From: Gloeobacter morelensis MG652769
GTDB taxonomy: Bacteria > Cyanobacteriota > Cyanobacteriia > Gloeobacterales > Gloeobacteraceae
Length of the DNA: 24,000 bases
Assembly: GCF_021018745.1 (NCBI RefSeq)
Contig: NZ_CP063846.1
Span: 90,017-114,016, forward strand
Reading direction: 5' to 3'
The notes under the pieces are model-generated. The model ran no database searches. It saw nothing but the letters and a program-made list of their open reading frames with translations, and had not been told where the DNA came from. A program made the translations under genes and the position numbers. Below, one piece after another: positions 22,383 through 24,000 of this stretch; the first letter of the stretch is position 1; each line of letters starts with the position of its first letter.

Positions 22383-23093
22383 GTGCGCTTGACGAAAAGA
22401 CACCTGATGATTCTTGAACTGCTTTGGCGTTGTGGCGGGGTGGCGACGGCCAGCCAACTCGTCCATCAGGCCCACGACAGAGGCAAAGACAACAGCCGTT
22501 TCAGGCAGCGGCTTTTCGACATGGTCTCGGAGGGCTACACAGAACTTATTCGCTATCCCACTGCACTCGACTCGCACACTCTCGAGCGAACGCGCCAGTG
22601 CTACATGCTGAGTGCCAGTGGTTCGCGGGCAATAGGCAAAGAGCATTCCCGACCGACACAGGAGGAAACTGCCCAATGGCTACTTAAAAGCGAGGTAGTA
22701 AGGCAAATGGCAGCCTGTGGGTATGCGCTACTGCCAAGGGATGCCCACGGGTTGCCGGCGCAGTTTATGCTCTTCGATGCGGGGGAGCTCCGTGTGGTCG
22801 CAGTTTGGAGTCCAGGAAACGGCACGCGGCTTGCGAGGGCCTCGGTAGGAAGATTTCTGGCCGAGGGGTTTGACGAAAGATCGACAAGTTTGATCGTCGC
22901 GTTCGTAGACCCATACCCATACTTGTGCTTTACAGATCTCGTCGGGAGCGCGGATTTCAGGAGGGCCTGCCCGTTTCATTGCACACCGGTGATGGCACAG
23001 TGGCGACTACCCTTCGCGACAGTTGCACAAGCAAAACCTTTCGAAGGGTGGCGGGAGACGCAATGGAAAAAAACGAAGGCTGAAGTGAAGTGA
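22383..23093 (+). CDS. Replic_Relax-like protein, degenerate paralog 2
   Basis: LTKRHLMILELLWRCGGVATASQLV is the characteristic N-terminal wHTH. The architecture is the same, but the His motif is replaced (AQWLLKSEVVRQM). GTG start at 22383. Confidence 0.55.
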   Translation: MRLTKRHLMILELLWRCGGVATASQLVHQAHDRGKDNSRFRQRLFDMVSEGYTELIRYPTALDSHTLERTRQCYMLSASGSRAIGKEHSRPTQEETAQWLLKSEVVRQMAACGYALLPRDAHGLPAQFMLFDAGELRVVAVWSPGNGTRLARASVGRFLAEGFDERSTSLIVAFVDPYPYLCFTDLVGSADFRRACPFHCTPVMAQWRLPFATVAQAKPFEGWRETQWKKTKAEVK

Positions 23094-23221
23094 GATTGCA
23101 TAGACGGATTCGATGGATTATTATAAAGATTTGTTAAAAGTTAAACATTTGGTCGCCGAAAGCGATTTTTCCCTATGAGGGCGGATCCGTTTTTCACCGC
23201 CTGGGGCAAGGGAAACAGATT

Positions 23222-23617
23222 ATGTCGAATCTTATTGTCAGGGCAGAGGAAACGCCGAAGACCGTGGTTTGCGTCGGGACGGTAGAACGCATCCAATGGG
23301 CGTTCGCTTCGATGACGGCGAGTGCGGTGGCTGGGCTGATGGGGGCGCAAGGGGCGATGGCCCAGACGCTCAGTGAACAGGTGACTCAGGGGCTAAACGA
23401 TCGGCTGCCTGCAGCGGCTGCTGCCGGTTCGGGCGAATCGATGACTACCTTGGTTCAATTTTTGCTGTGGGTGCTGGCGGTGGTGCTGGTAGCCCTGTGC
23501 GGCTACGGAGTTATCGAAGGGATCAACGGCCGCGGTTGGAACAAAGCCTTCGCGGCGGTGGTGGGTTCGGTGGCTATCGCTATTTTGGTGGCGGTGGTCT
23601 TGCAGGCGACAGCGTAG
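23222..23617 (+). CDS. VirB2/TrbC-like T4SS pilin
   Basis: 131 aa. Long leader ending AVAGLMGAQGAMAQ|TL. Then two hydrophobic helices (LVQFLLWVLAVVLVALCGYGVI and AFAAVVGSVAIAILVAVVL) separated by a short basic loop, EGINGRGWNK. This is the standard VirB2/TrbC topology. Confidence 0.6.
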   Translation: MSNLIVRAEETPKTVVCVGTVERIQWAFASMTASAVAGLMGAQGAMAQTLSEQVTQGLNDRLPAAAAAGSGESMTTLVQFLLWVLAVVLVALCGYGVIEGINGRGWNKAFAAVVGSVAIAILVAVVLQATA

Positions 23618-23629
23618 GCTTTTTGAGCC

Positions 23630-23983
23630 ATGTCGCTTCCGAGCTGCAAATTCGAGAGCTTCTGGGACGAACAACCCACCCTGGCGACAGGGTGGGGCAA
23701 CGTCAACCTGAAGCTTGAAACGGTGGCCGTGGGGTTGGTGAGCATTGCCATTGGGTGGTTTCTCTGGGGCAAGCTGGGATTCGCAGTTTTCATCCCTGGG
23801 GTGCGATTCGATTTTGGTGTTCTAGGTCCGCTCGCAAGCGCACTGCCATTTTTCATCAGTTTCAAACTGGCCACCATGAAGCGATCGCTCTTCGATGTGG
23901 CCGAGAGCCTGGTGGGAGCACTAATCACCCCGGAGGTGGTAGCGTCGCCGGACTGCGAACTAGTTCCGACCACCGTTGACTGA
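23630..23983 (+). CDS. small 2-TM membrane protein, possibly VirB3/TrbD-like
   Basis: 117 aa, starting 12 nt after the pilin gene. Two hydrophobic segments (VAVGLVSIAIGWFLW and LGPLASALPFFISF). The functional call rests on position only. Confidence 0.4.
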   Translation: MSLPSCKFESFWDEQPTLATGWGNVNLKLETVAVGLVSIAIGWFLWGKLGFAVFIPGVRFDFGVLGPLASALPFFISFKLATMKRSLFDVAESLVGALITPEVVASPDCELVPTTVD

Positions 23984-24000
23984 CCCCCGTCTTGTGTCCC

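Overview
This 24-kb window looks like accessory or mobile DNA from a moderately GC-rich bacterium. A cyanobacterial origin is possible but is only a guess, based on three GCGATCGC palindromes (5135, 21962, 23881), DevBCA-like exporter parts and a TnpB gene. It has three blocks.

(1) 1-10.4 kb. A tightly coupled minus-strand cluster runs in this order: HlyD-type adaptor, an 85-aa small ORF, an FxsB-like radical SAM/SPASM enzyme, a MacB-type ABC ATPase, a duplicated FtsX permease, a PAS/HisKA_3 histidine kinase and a NarL-type response regulator. A small XRE regulator lies on the opposite strand. I read this as a RiPP-like (cyclophane/triceptide-type) maturation, export and regulation locus. At the far left are a tandem-HTH excisionase-like gene and a partial ORF.

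(2) 10.4-13.5 kb. A solo TnpB gene (IS605/IS1341 type, no TnpA) carries omega-RNA-like structure over its 3' end. It is followed by a ~1.5-kb ORF-poor field packed with at least 18 mostly unrelated stem-loops, all but one perfectly Watson-Crick. This is the most unusual feature of the window and I cannot assign it to any known element class.

(3) 13.8-24 kb. Seventeen co-directional plus-strand genes, mostly overlapping. They include two divergent sigma-70-like paralogs, a secreted repeat/proline-linker/CHAP cell-wall hydrolase, DUF2325 and bPH2 proteins, a membrane-tethered wHTH protein and a pair of Replic_Relax-like paralogs. The block ends with a VirB2/TrbC-like pilin and a small membrane protein. 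This fits the front part of a conjugative (T4SS) element.

No rRNA, tRNA or CRISPR array was found. All family assignments come from motifs read by eye and need HMM or BLAST confirmation.
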